A stretch of DNA of 64,000 nucleotides from Dimorphilus gyrociliatus (lineage: Eukaryota; Animalia; Annelida), in contig CAJFCJ010000005.1 of assembly GCA_904063045.1 (NCBI GenBank), positions 1,069,988 to 1,133,987 of the forward strand. Direction: 5' to 3'. Position 1 is the first letter of the stretch, and every line of letters begins with the position of its first letter. Under the pieces are notes generated by a model. That model worked only from the letters and a program-made list of their open reading frames with translations, was not told the origin of the DNA and searched no databases. This document shows, piece by piece, positions 13,281-26,474 of this stretch. The position numbers and the translations under genes are program-made.

Positions 13281-16200
13281 ATGCGCATGCGCTGTAATCT
13301 AATGGCGACTAGACGAATTCTGCAATCTTTCTTCTGCAATACACGTTATTATTCCAATATCGTAGCTAAATCTAAGCTAAAAGCTCCTCTTTTATTAACT
13401 GGCATTGGCATAACCTACTTTTATGCGAATCATAAACGAACATGTCAAGCTGTTTATGCCCATGTAAGTTTGCTTTTTTCGGCCTTTTGTTTGGCTGTGT
13501 TTAATTAAAACGAGTCACTGTGAGTGATCAATCCACAAAAACCTAATTGATTATGACAGAAGTTACGGAAAAAATTAGCGAACCCTCGTAATTTTCGACT
13601 TTAGATGGTCGAGCGATAATAAGTGGATTTGACGTATAAATTATACAAAAGAATCCCTATTACGTAGATCAAAGAACGTTAGACGCTGTTAAATTAGATG
13701 AGGGTTACGTAACTGAACGAATTGGGAACTATTTCGAAGGCGATGACACTTCTAACCGCGTTTTTTCTTTTTTCTTTTCCAACAGGCTAACACCTCGCCT
13801 GCTCAAACTCATAGAGAATTGAGATTCTTATCATTTGCCTCTGTGGATTTTGACGGCAATGTTTATATGACACCGCAAGATTTTCTGGATAGCGTTACCA
13901 ATGAAATACCTAAAGGTAACTTTTTCAAAACCCAAGATACAAAAACGCCACTAACATGCATTTCACAAGAGAGCGACCAACAATCAAAGACAATAACAAT
14001 TATACAATTAATAAGTTATATTATTATTATTATTACTATAGAAAAATAGCACTGATTCAATTGTTGTAGGTCATAGGTCAATCTTTAAGGCACTCGATTT
14101 ATCTATAGCTTCAGATTTGACAGTGTGATGACTTTTTGAACTATTTTTCCCTAACTATTTATCCATTATCTTTTAAAAAGAGCTTATACCGACATTTCAA
14201 AATAATAAATAAAAAAAAGAAGAAAAGATTGAGCAGAACGACCAGCTTAGGAGAATAATTGGAATTTTATTGTTTTAATATATGAACAAACAATAACTTG
14301 CTAAATTATCCAAAAAAATCTATTAAACTATTTGTTAAGGAGAAAACGCTAATGTTTTTTTTCTCTTTCTTTTTTTTTAATAGTTTATTTTACAATCAAG
14401 CTTTAAGGATAATTTTTAATTCTCTTGCTGTATAAAAACCGATATATCTCAGTTTTATTGACTAATAAAGAAGATAAGATTATTTATTTCTTTAAAGAGA
14501 TATTTAAAATATTTATTACATAATAGAATAATTACTTACAGCATAGAAGTTTTGTCCTTCTAGGCCAACTTTCTTTGAGAAGTTGTCATAGAAAGGTTTT
14601 CAATATGATGTATCACACGAAATAACTTCTCTATCAACATATTTGTTCTTATATATTATTAAAAACACCGCAATAATTATTAATTTTCGCTGACAATGCA
14701 AACTCATAGCCTATAAGTTACAGATTATTAGCTTATTACCTTTAATTTATATGTATTCTAAAAATTGTTGTTATCCTATTTCTTCATTCTTTTTTTTTTC
14801 TTTTTTGGTATAGAGCAAGACCAAAATAAAAAATTGATCACCTATAGCTGCTTTTAAAATTTCCGTTTAATAGTTGTTTAGAAACAGAGCATACTCGTCT
14901 AGTTTTTTTTTTATTTTGCTGATGTAGGCCTTTAAATGACCTTCGTAAATGTCAATGACAGCATTTTTTCTACCCTGAAAAACTTTTAACTGTTTTGGAA
15001 ATGATACAATTTTCTTTTTGTTATTGTAATTTTACCAAGTATTACAACATTTTTCTTGATACATTAACTGTCAATGACCCCGACCTGTAGGCGGGCAGCT
15101 GTCTACATATATAGCGCGTGTAACAATGTATCGTGAATTGTTTACAAGAGTTCTTAAAAAGGCTCGGAGTGCAGGAGACGATTGCGTAATCGGAAAATGT
15201 CCAGGCACGTTTTCCTTAATCCGTTATTGTGATGATTCGCTTACGGAGAGAGAATTAGACGTGATAAATTTTACTACTTGAAAGAAAAGCTCAGTTGTAA
15301 AGTTATTATAGAAGCCAGACGGAAACCGGATCCGTTTATTATCAGTAGTAGACTGTAGAAAACTCAACGGGTGTTTTCGACTATAAAAGTCTGTTACCTT
15401 GGTAACAGACAAGCCCTAGACATCCGATAAAGAATATGAAAAAAAATGCACCCAGTGCAAACTTCAAAAGATAGGGAAAGTGACGTACATTGTTCAATTG
15501 TTTATACTTTAACACGTTAAATCAATATACCAATGGTTCTGTTATCATTTCGCTATCGTACTGAAATATAGGTCGCTAATATCTGTAAGATGATTTCCAG
15601 ATGGTTATTGGGAGAGACTAATAGTATAATTCCTAATTTGTATTTTGAACAGCAAGGGCAGGCAGGAAAAAGTTGGAAAAGAATGACGTTGAGAAACTCT
15701 TACGAATGACACCGTCCAAAAGAAAAAGTTCTGAAAAATTCTTAAGAGGAACCGGAACGAACGGTAAGCGTTAGACAACTCTAGAATATCTTTAAAGCAT
15801 TCCTTCGAAATTTCGTAATTCAAGTCCTTCAAAGGTCAATTTTCTTTCCGGATTTTGTACAATGTTTAGATACACTTAACCTAATTTTTCTCAATGAGAA
15901 AAGCACCAAAAGACAATAATATAGGACATTTTAAATATTAAATATATCCATATAATCGGTTAAAAGTTATACTTTAACAAAACTTATGTTACTATAGAAT
16001 TGAAGTCTTTTTTTAAAATCAAACCTTGGACTCTGGATGTCGAATTTAACCATCCGATTGTACAATTAATATCCTACCGTATAAGTTTAAAGTTTATTAA
16101 CCTCTTATTGCAATATTTTTAACTTGATTTATCTTCAAACCTGTAACTTAAACACTTTTTTATAATAATGTTATTATCTTAAAGAAAGAGGATAGAAAGA

Positions 16201-17338
16201 ATTAATAATGATCATAGAAAAGAGCAATACAATTTGTAAACTTTCAAGTTTTTCTTCGCAATAATTTCCCCCAATTAAACGCAATATATACATATCTAAT
16301 ATATACTGTATATATATTAGTATATTATAAGATTCAGTATTCTTATCTGATAGGCTTGATTTTCTTTTGAAATTTATCTTTACTTATTTTCAAAATAAAT
16401 TGATCTTATCAATTTGGTTTTTAACTCTACGAAGTAAAAATATTGTTCAGGCAAAAAGAAAAATTTTACCCTTACCCTTTTTTTTCTCTTTTTCTGTCGT
16501 TTTCCCTTTTCTCACCGCTTTCTTCTCTATTTTGTTTATATATCGTTTAGACTTACCGACTATTTTTTTAAGGTCTTTTCATCAATTTGCAATTAATCGT
16601 CTGCCAAAAAAAATCGATTTCAAAACATGACAATACTTATTATAGTCTTTAACATCGCCCTAAAAGTACGATTGCATAAACTTGTCTCAATTTGCTCCCT
16701 TCTGAATGCAATTAAGTCATTAGGTACAATTACGTACAAATAGATTATGTAATTACATTTTAACTGAAGGCAAAAGACACCTTCGAAAGTGAGATGGAAA
16801 TGAGTTAATGTCAAATATTTTCTTCACCCTCCAAATCAAAAATTCAACTGTTACTTATTTTACATTTGTTAACCAGAACATATACCTATCATCGGATAGA
16901 GAAATTACTTCACATAAATTAAAATTAATGTCTTTTTAGGTTATTTTCTATTACTTTAAGTGATAATAAAATGAAGGATTTTGTATAAATTGAAAGAGTT
17001 TTGAAATAGGTAGGTGAGTGAAAGAAGGACTTTCTGTAAGGTATTTTAATATGAGGAGCAAGTAGAATCTTGTCAACATTAAATGAATTTCTCGAAGAGT
17101 ATAAGAGGGTAATAGCTACAGTACACAACGTATACAATACTCGGTATAGTATGTTTGCAGATACATGTACTATATATAGAGGGGCATATACTATGAAAAA
17201 AAAAAGGAAGGTGGGGGGAGAATTGGAAAGCCACGGGAAGCAAAACAGAAAGAATTAAGATAAAAGGGAAAGTGTTTTGAAAAATAAATATTTTATTCAG
17301 AATAGAATCAAAGTCACCAATAAAAAGTTGTAAAAGAG

Positions 17339-17380
<42 letters not shown>

Positions 17381-17749
17381 ACATCTTCATTGTAAAACTT
17401 TCAACATTTTATTTAAATGACAATTTTATGGTATAGGTACGACCGAATGAAAGAAATATAATAGAATATATATATACTGTATAAATAGTAGAAACAAGTT
17501 TAACAAACTCGCTCTATACGTGTGTCTATAATTATCTATCTTAGTTCTCTTATCCGGCTCCAATATTTAATGATAGTTTAAAAAGATAAAACCATAAATA
17601 GATTATTTTAGCTACTTTACTTAAGGCGTACCATACGGTGTTCTTTTACACAACTTCTCGAATATTATATCATGCCCGTATGCCTCTTTAAAATATTTAC
17701 GACATGTTATTTACGCTAGATTTCATCTGTAAAACGTGGAAAGAGAGAG

Positions 17750-17785
<36 letters not shown>

Positions 17786-20700
17786 GGGGGAAGCGAAAGT
17801 TACTTTCTTATAAATATTTGCTCTTAACGAGTTATTTAGTAATTTCTAAATATACAGTATAATTAAAAATTTTTCATAGCAAATGACAGATTTAATAAAG
17901 GTGTTAAAGGATTATTTACATGTTATTCTCGAACGTTTTCTATTACAATAAAATACAATGTAAATGAATACGATCCAAAATTATTTACAAGCCAGTTTTT
18001 ACTCATCAATTATACTCTTCTTTTCGTACGATTATCGAATAACTCTGTTAAAAATTAATTAAAGAGAAAGCAAACACCTAAATTCGTATTTTAAAATACT
18101 TTGTTTTTAAAGAAAGAAAAAGTTATTGTTACTTGTTTACTTAAAAACATTGCAACAATTATAATTTTTCTGTTATATTTTTCATCAATCATAGAGGTGA
18201 ATGTTGAAAAAAAATATAACCAAATCTAATTGCACTTTCTCAACAACAGGGAAAGTGAAAAGTTCTTAACAAAATAAACAGAATACATCTGCCTGCTCGT
18301 GCCCAAACGAATAATTAAACACTTTCCTTGGGCGTCTAATTAAAAAGTTTTCTTAACTGATTTAACGGATTACGTCACGGATCCTGGGGTTTTACACTTT
18401 TAATGCGATTTGTTTCTAATTTGGCAGACCTTTAACAGAGTCGGTGCCTGTGGCTTACCCCCATTTTTCTCCTTGAAGTTAACTTTCAAAGCTTGTACAC
18501 GTACCGATTGGATCTCGTGTAAACATTGGCGTTTGCCAAACTTTTTCCACGCTAAGCTTTCTTCATTTATCTATTTCATTCAGGAGATAAGATTTCGTTC
18601 GATACTGAACCATTAATTAGAAAAAAATGCTTTTATCAAAAATTTGCCAATTGATCGTCTACGTTAGATTTATTTAGCAATCTTCCCCCCCTTCCTTTTG
18701 ATTTATATCGCAACGTTGATCTTTGTTTAGGAGAGTTTGTTATTTCTTACTCCTTAACCCACAAATCTTATTCTAAACCAAGTATCTAATGTGAAACTAG
18801 AAAAAGTATTGGTGAGTCAAAGAAAAAAAAAATTGGTATAATTGCCAATTCGGCGGAAAACCTTTTTAGAAAGTCAACAAAATACCAAGAATTTTCACTT
18901 ATTAGCTATATAGATCTATTTAAGAATAAAGCACGTCAAAATTTAGGTCTAACATACCGACTTGAGTCAGTCATTAGTAAAAATTTTATACCTTGTCATT
19001 TTAACACTTTAGCTAGATGTTTACTCGAATAACTTCGTACGACTTTGTTACCTCTTTCTTTAATAAATACGGTCGTCGTAGGTGGTGTAATTTGATTAAA
19101 ATCTTCGAAATATATATTTCTACGGGATTGTATCAAATAAAAAAAAATCGCACCATATTTTAATCTAATATTGATCTATTCATATTTATGTCTTTAAAGA
19201 GTTTATCGTATTTCTCTTCTAATTAGAGAAAATTTTCTACGATCTTAATTTAACATTGTTTTCGAATGACAAAATTATTAAAGAGTCTTTCATCACTTAA
19301 ACTATTAGCCTAATAGGCATAAAACTAATTTAATCAAAGCAAAATACCTTATCTTTTACTTTCCCTCTCTATTGTCAATGAATATTTGATATAATAGTTT
19401 GATTTTTAACAACCCACATCCACTTTATATGACGTTATTGTGGATAGGTATTGAAATCACCGACAATTGTTGACATTACGTGCTGGACAGCGGTCAATAA
19501 CGAATTTATTGTTTATTTACAGGTCTTATTTCGTACACGGAATATTTATTCTTGCTGTGCGTGCTTACAAGTGAGTTCAAATGTTCTGAATACTCGTAAA
19601 CAATTTGTTTATTTTACTTTCCCCCGTTCAGAACCAAGATCGGGATTTCGAATAGCCTTTAATATGTTTGATACGGATGGCGATCAACGCGTGGACAAGA
19701 ATGAATTTTTAGTAGTATGTACAATATTTTTTATTATATATACAAGTATATCCGTATATATATCGGAATATATATATATACTATGTATACATTCTAATAA
19801 GTAATATATATATATATATATATATATTCATCTTTGAATATATGTACTATCTCTTTTTTATCTTTATTATTGATACCAATCGTCTGTCGATTTCTTTTTT
19901 CATTCGTCGGTTAGATATTGAATATTTCTCTATTTGAATGCAAAAAATTCATTATTATTATTATTAGTTGTAGTGGTCTTAGATTATTTAAGGAGAATTG
20001 TACACTTAGTATCAAGTTTTTTTTTCTTTTTATCAAATTTATCTAAATATTTTTTCTTCTAAGCATGAATTATTTTTCATATAATGTTAAATTTACGAAA
20101 ATCTCTTTTCAGTTATTTTTTTATTTCTCTCTTAATTTTTTTTTTCTTTTTTTTTTTAATTAATAAGACAAAAAATATATCGCTAAACACATTCAAGGTC
20201 ACAAACAAATCAATCTAATCCGTAGACTAGACAATAACCTTTGATTTAATTAGAATATGTTTGACAAAATTGAATAACTGTCCTCTTATTATATTCTTAA
20301 GAAGAAGATTTAAAGTGATTTAGTTTAACTGTTCGATTAAGAGAATAATTTAAACTTGTCTAAATTTTAAATTAATCTAATTTACAAAAGTAGGGTAAGA
20401 ATGTTTTTTCTTTTTTTCTTAGTTGAAGATATTTTCCGTACTGATTTAAAGCTTTTGCTCTCTGATATATAAGAAAAATTAATACCAAAAAGTAAATTGT
20501 AGTATTTTATCAATTCAATGGACATTTAATTTCTCAATAAGCTCGGTAAAGTTATCGAAAAGGCTTCTGAAGGAGATGGATGGAGTACAGCAAATGTAAA
20601 AGAAGATAGCATAAATATGGTATAATATAAAAACAAAATATAACAACTATAACACCTTCTATTTCTAGTCGCAAGGTTTTGGTCTTAGCAGCTTAATATG

Positions 20701-21573
20701 GTCACTTAATTATCTTTCTTCTTATCTAACCGAATAATTAAATTAAATAGCTTTACTTCTATCTAAACAAAACTTTTGCACATCATTTCAAGAAAGAAAT
20801 CCAAATTGCTTGCTAATATTTGCGAAATATTCGAAAGCACAAGGCGAACAAAAAGAACAATAACACAAAATAGAATAATTAATTGTCAAGTTTTATGTTA
20901 AAAGAACAAAAATATGATAAAGATTATTTTACTGCAGATAGTAAATCATTTTAATAATCTCGTCTGTGGTTTTTACAAAACGTTTAAAACTTTCTACTAA
21001 CCAAGGTCAACGATCATTATAAATGAACTTGATTTAAGACAAATCTGTAAAAATCAACATACGATTATTATCAGAAATTGTGCAAGTTCACTATGGTGAG
21101 AGAGAGCTAGTGAGAGAGGAAAAAGAGTATTTTTATCATAGTTAAATATACACCTCATAAAGGCTATTAATTAAATTTTAAGGACATATCTCTATATAGT
21201 AGATTAATTACAATCTATTGTATCTTCTATCCTCATTAGTAGAGTTTTTGTTTTAGAGTAGATAATTTTAATCTCTTTTTTCTACGTTTGATCAGTACTT
21301 ATTAACAATTAGAGGCTAAAAAAGAAAAAAAAGATCATTGTCTCTCAGTTAATATAGCATATTTCTGTTTTTCTTATATAAGAATAGAAAGGAACAGGAA
21401 TAAAATATACAAATAACATCTCTACTTGAGTCATCTCTGTTTTGTTTATTTATCTTAGAGAAAGGAAGAAGTACTTTTATTCATTATATCATGAAAATTT
21501 ATGGAAATAATAAAAGAAATTTATAGTTTTTCCATTAACTGAAATTTTTAAATATTTTTTTAAATAGTTTTTT

Positions 21574-21604
<31 letters not shown>

Positions 21605-24192
21605 GCTCTCTCTCTCGCTCTCCCCCCCCCGCTCTCTGGCTCTCCCGCCCTGAGCCTCCCTTCCCCCTACCCCTATTACTTTTACCGCCTAGAAGCCGTC
21701 TTCCATTCTCAAGCACTCTCGAAACAATTAATTCATTTCTCCCCTCTAACACTCTCTCATCATCTTATCGGTACCCATTACTCATTCTCTATTACAAGAT
21801 AAAACGGATAAAATTAAGACTTCCCCTAACATGAATTAGGAATTTCCTCCTTTTGGTTTTTTGTTTTTTTTTACGTTCTGCAGTTGTTGGACGTGTTCGA
21901 AAGAAACACGCAGGACCTAGAAGTTAAACGGTCGGACAACCACCGAGCCAATATTTGGAAATTGTCGTTTGTACGTTTGCTTTTGATGAAAAAGCGATCG
22001 CTTTCCCATTGATTTTGTTTCGCAGGAGAATGTGTATTTTTTTTTTAAGTATACGCGTAAATGTATGATGCATGTACACAGTATTATATATATTATACTG
22101 TATATATGCTATACATACACACACATATATATATATTAATATATATATATATATATATATATATTAGTATATATTTATATTTAAATTTACTGTCAATTGT
22201 TTTGAAACCGGGTGATTTTAATTTTGCTATTTAACTTATTTGTTGTTATTAACGTTTTATATTTATTTTTTGCATCTAATCATCATTTATTATTATTTTT
22301 TTTTTTTTTGGGTTTCTCTCTTTCTCTCTTCTTATCTATCGGTTTTGTTCTTTTAGTTTTTCTTTGCACGATTCGCGAAAATATTAAAAACTAAAAACAA
22401 AAAAAAAATTAAAAAGAAAGTGGCAATGGGAGTTTTAAAAAGATAGAATATACTCTTTTTTTAGTATATACAGTTTAATCTGTCTTTTATACTGTATAAT
22501 AGGAAAAATATGAGCGACTATTCTGTTTCAAAGAAATAGTTTATTCTATACGCAAATAAACTTAAAGATTCTAATTAAAAATAACTTGATATCAAAACTA
22601 CAATCAAAACAAACATAACATAGTTTATTTTATGATAACTGTTGCTACCATACACTTTATATACTCTGGAGAAGCTATAGTCATATTGATAAAGTGAAAG
22701 ATTATCTATCAATGAAATGAAATGTCTATAATTCTTATTATATATATATATTTATATTAATCTCGTTTTTCTTTTCCTCTTTTAACTCTTTATTCTTACT
22801 ATCCGCTTTATAAGTTGGTAAATTTTATTAATTGATTTACTGTATTGATTGAAAGGAGAATATCGATGAATTGGCATAGTTTATAACTTATTTAAACTAC
22901 TTATGATCAAATTTTCATCGATATACGCTAAATTCTATCAAATTAATACCAAACTGAGGTTATTAGGTTCTTATTTTTATAATGTTCGAAAAACATCCGT
23001 AACAATTGCTCCAAATGCGAATTGGTGTTTTTTTTTTGTCTTCGAACGTACCAAACTTATACGACTAATTGTACTTTGTTATGTAATAATCTTTAAAAAT
23101 AGGATTATCCACATGCTTGCCACTTATTAACCGTTTAGAACCAATAGCTTTTTGCATGCCTTATTTAACAGAATGGACGGTATTTTATGTGTATAAAAAA
23201 CAGTATATATAAAGGTTTTGCGTCGTACCAGCATATTGACCACTTTATACACGAAATTATACGGTGCCCAAACTAATGATGGGGCTGTCCGTGGTCATCG
23301 TCTAGACATATTCAATCGATTGAACAAGCGTGTCATTTGAAAATCTTATTTACCGAACAGGTTTAACCGAAACTGTCAAAAAAAAAACAAATTTTGTATA
23401 TTCATTAGTATAATATAAAAAAATCAATCAACAAACCAACCAATTAGCAAAACAGAAACCTCTTTGCCCACTTTCTTTTTTCTTAAGCTAATTAGAGGAT
23501 TTTGCGATTCATCGCTTCATTAATCCATGCGATTGCCTTAATCCAAGATAAACCGCAAAATAATCTACCGATTAATCTGTTTATAATTAAGAATTAACCA
23601 TGCACGGTTTATGCAGCTAGAAAGAATAATACCGCAAAACGCCGACGATAACCCAGCTAATAACGACGTACGTCTTCAAAAACATTTGCTTCTTTTATAT
23701 ATACTTTTTATTCTTTCTTCTCAAAATGCACGACCCCTTTCCTCACTCTCTCTTCCCCACCCTCTCCGCTTTAGTTTTTGGTTTGAAAATTCTATTTTAT
23801 TACTCCTTTTCTTACACTTTCTAATGCATTAATATTTTAGTAAGAAGAACAAAATTCTATAATCGCCTGTTCTTTCTTTATTTATTTATTTACTCTCTCT
23901 CTCTCTATTTTTTTTTCATCTTTTCTTCTAACTTAAATGAATTTTATCCATTTCTGAGAAATTAAAGAGGATGTTGATTGTATAAATTTGTTTCTTTTCT
24001 CTTTGTATATGATTTATATTGTATATATAAAATGATATTTGCAAATGATTCCTCTTTAATCTACTTTCTCTTGTGTATGTGCACGAAACATCCGCTTTAT
24101 TCTCCCACCCCCCCTCTCCCCTCCTCTCTCGCTCTGTATCAGCCTGTCTATGTATCTCTCTCTCTCTCTCACACACACATATACACACACAC

Positions 24193-24229
<37 letters not shown>

Positions 24230-25873
24230 TGTGTGTGTGTTTGTTCTCTAGCTATTCTTCTTTTCTCTTTTTATTTTATTTATATTTTTTAAATTTTCTC
24301 CTTCTATTCTATTCGTGTTCGGGCTTGTTAGAGCATTGATGGCATTTTTGTGGTCAACCAATGGCCGATTGTGTTGTTTCGCTAACGTTGCATGTGGTCT
24401 CCGACATATATATTTATGTCTGTTTATAGAAGATCCTTATTTGCATGATCTAGTTTAATTTTTCTTACATTTTTCAAATTTCAAAGCGAAAGCATGCTGG
24501 GAATGTCGGACGCTGGTCAACCGCCCTGCTATTGTTAAATATCCAGGGCTGTTGTATAATTAGATTGAGGCGTCCAGGCTTTTTCTACAATTTACTGTTG
24601 TTATTTTCTTTGATTTGTAGCCCACTGACTTTTCCTCAGTGCACGATTTATTTTTTTTTGAGCTAAGAAACTATTGCTTGTGCTATCTTCCTTAACTTTT
24701 CGTGTGTGCTGCCATCTATCCAACGTTCGTTCATTGTCTCATCATTTTTGTCTTCTTTCCGATTAAAGGAACAAGAGACAAGTGTGCAAGATACAACTCT
24801 AACCTATCACTTCTTTGGGTCTAGAGGCAGAGACACGCTCAAGTACGAAGAGTTCTCAAAGTTTATGGAAAATCTGCAAACGGAAGTATGTATATATACT
24901 AATATATATACAATGGGTATATGTTGCGCCATCTATCGTACATTAGATGAAATTCGTAAAAGCAACATCTTGAACTTATTCAGGACAAAGTTAGAGAATG
25001 TAGGAATTTTTACGTCATAAATCAAGAATAAGCTGTTTTGTTTGGCCATATTGATGAATGATGTAATAAATATGTATTAAATCTTCCCTCTCAAAGCAGA
25101 CTCTGGAGCAAATGGACATATTTTATTTTAATAATCGACCATTAATATTCTATCTTTTGAATTTAATGAATTATAAAAGCTGCTTCAGAATATTAACAAA
25201 TAACAATATAAAAACTAGGTACTGCAATCCGAGTTTGAAGACTACGCCAGAGGAAAGTCAACCATTACAGAGGAAAATTTTGCAAAGATTCTCCTCCGCT
25301 ATACAGTCTTATCGGAGGAACAACATGACGAATATCTAAATAGATTACGTAAACGTATAACTAGTGGCAAGGTTGGTTTTATTTCTCTCGTCTTAAATGA
25401 TAAGAAGACAATTAAATCTTGAAAGGAAATAATAAGGCTATTGTTTTTTTTTTATTTTTTTAGGGAATCGACTTTAAGGCATTCAAAGATTTCTGTCAAT
25501 TTTTGAATAATCTGGACGATTTTGCAATTGCAATGAGAATATATACGTATAGTGAACAGCCGATTTCCGAGAGTAAGTGTCTACTTTAATCTCTCTTCTC
25601 TTCCAGTTTTACATGTTGAATTATCGTTATATATTTTCAGGTGAGTTTAGAAGAGCAGTTAAAATATCGACTGGACACGAATTGGACTTTCACGTTGTTC
25701 ATACAGTGTTTCAACTATTTGATGTAGATGGCGACAATCAATTGAGCCATAATGAGTTTATAACTGTTATGAAAGATCGCGTCCATAGAGGGTTTAGATC
25801 ACAAATCTTCCAAAAGAAGAGATTCTGGGAAAACTTTAAGGGCTGTGTCCGCCGAGAAATGAAACACTCCTAA
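13281..25873 (+). CDS. MICU3: Mitochondrial calcium uptake protein, MICU2/3 type. Exons 13281-13463, 13786-13915, 15653-15763, 19523-19570, 19632-19714, [cassettes 20542-20619, 21884-21970, 23617-23667], 24769-24885, 25219-25371, 25464-25572, 25641-25873
   Basis: Mitochondrial-type leader; YMTPQDFLDS, GLISYTEYLFLL, EF-hands DTDGDQRVDKNE and DVDGDNQLSHNE, DTTLTYHFFG, MKDRVHRGF and a C-terminal Cys (FKGCVRREM). All junctions are GT-AG and phase-compatible. Confidence 0.92.
15389..15410. promoter_or_regulatory. Perfect 10-bp inverted repeat containing an RFX X-box-like motif, in MICU intron 2
   Basis: GTCTGTTACC-TT-GGTAACAGAC. The core GTTACC-TT-GGTAAC fits GTNRCC(N0-3)RGYAAC. TATAAAA lies at 15382-15388. 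Confidence 0.45.
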
Positions 25874-26474
25874 AAGGGAAAAATTTAATTATAAACAGTA
25901 TAACATCTTAGAGTGTCTTTTTCTATTATCTTTGCAATGTGTTTTCAAGATTCTTCTTTATTCTTCCCTATCGCTCTCTCTCTCTCTCTCTCTCTCTCAC
26001 TCTATATCTCGGCAATATAACTATCAAATGATTAATCAATATTTGCTTTAGAAACAATTTTTAGTTTTTTTTTTAAAAAATACAATTATTGAATGAAATT
26101 GAAATTTATTATTTTCTCTTCTTTAACATAAAAATCATAAAGAAAACGAGAAAGCAAACATAATGTCATCAACACCAAATCGAATATAATAAAAGACAAA
26201 CTTAATAGTCATAACTCACCAAGATTAATTAGACTTAAGAAAAGAAACTGTTGGTTTGTGTAACAGTTAATTAATTGTTTGTTTATTTTTTTTCCTTCTT
26301 CTCTCCATATGTAAGTATGTTTAATACTGTTTGAATAGATTTTACGTTGTTAACTGCTATTTGTCTTTTTTTTAAGAAAAAGGAAACAGGAGCTGTCTTC
26401 TTCCATTAATTTTTATGTGGATAACAAGCTAACAGGCTTCTCTTAATGAATGAAATTTTTTTCTTTCAAAGTTA

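Noticed and set aside
14811-14860. Strong polypyrimidine tract plus AG as a possible MICU exon 3
   Set aside because: The required phase hits stops within 5-15 codons; 15653-15763 supplies the homologous sequence.
15229-15235. GTGATGA C-box-like motif in MICU intron 2
   Set aside because: No CTGA D-box or terminal stem at a snoRNA-like distance.
20423-21095. Possible MICU microexons 20423-20437 (LKIFS) and 21075-21095 (KLCKFTM)
   Set aside because: Both preserve frame, but one has a weak donor (GTACTG) and the other lacks a pyrimidine tract; too short to support without reads, though LKIFS deserves a look.
21620-21675. C-rich tract able to form a G-quadruplex on the minus strand
   Set aside because: It is contiguous with a (CT)n microsatellite, and similar tracts occur elsewhere; no independent evidence of function.
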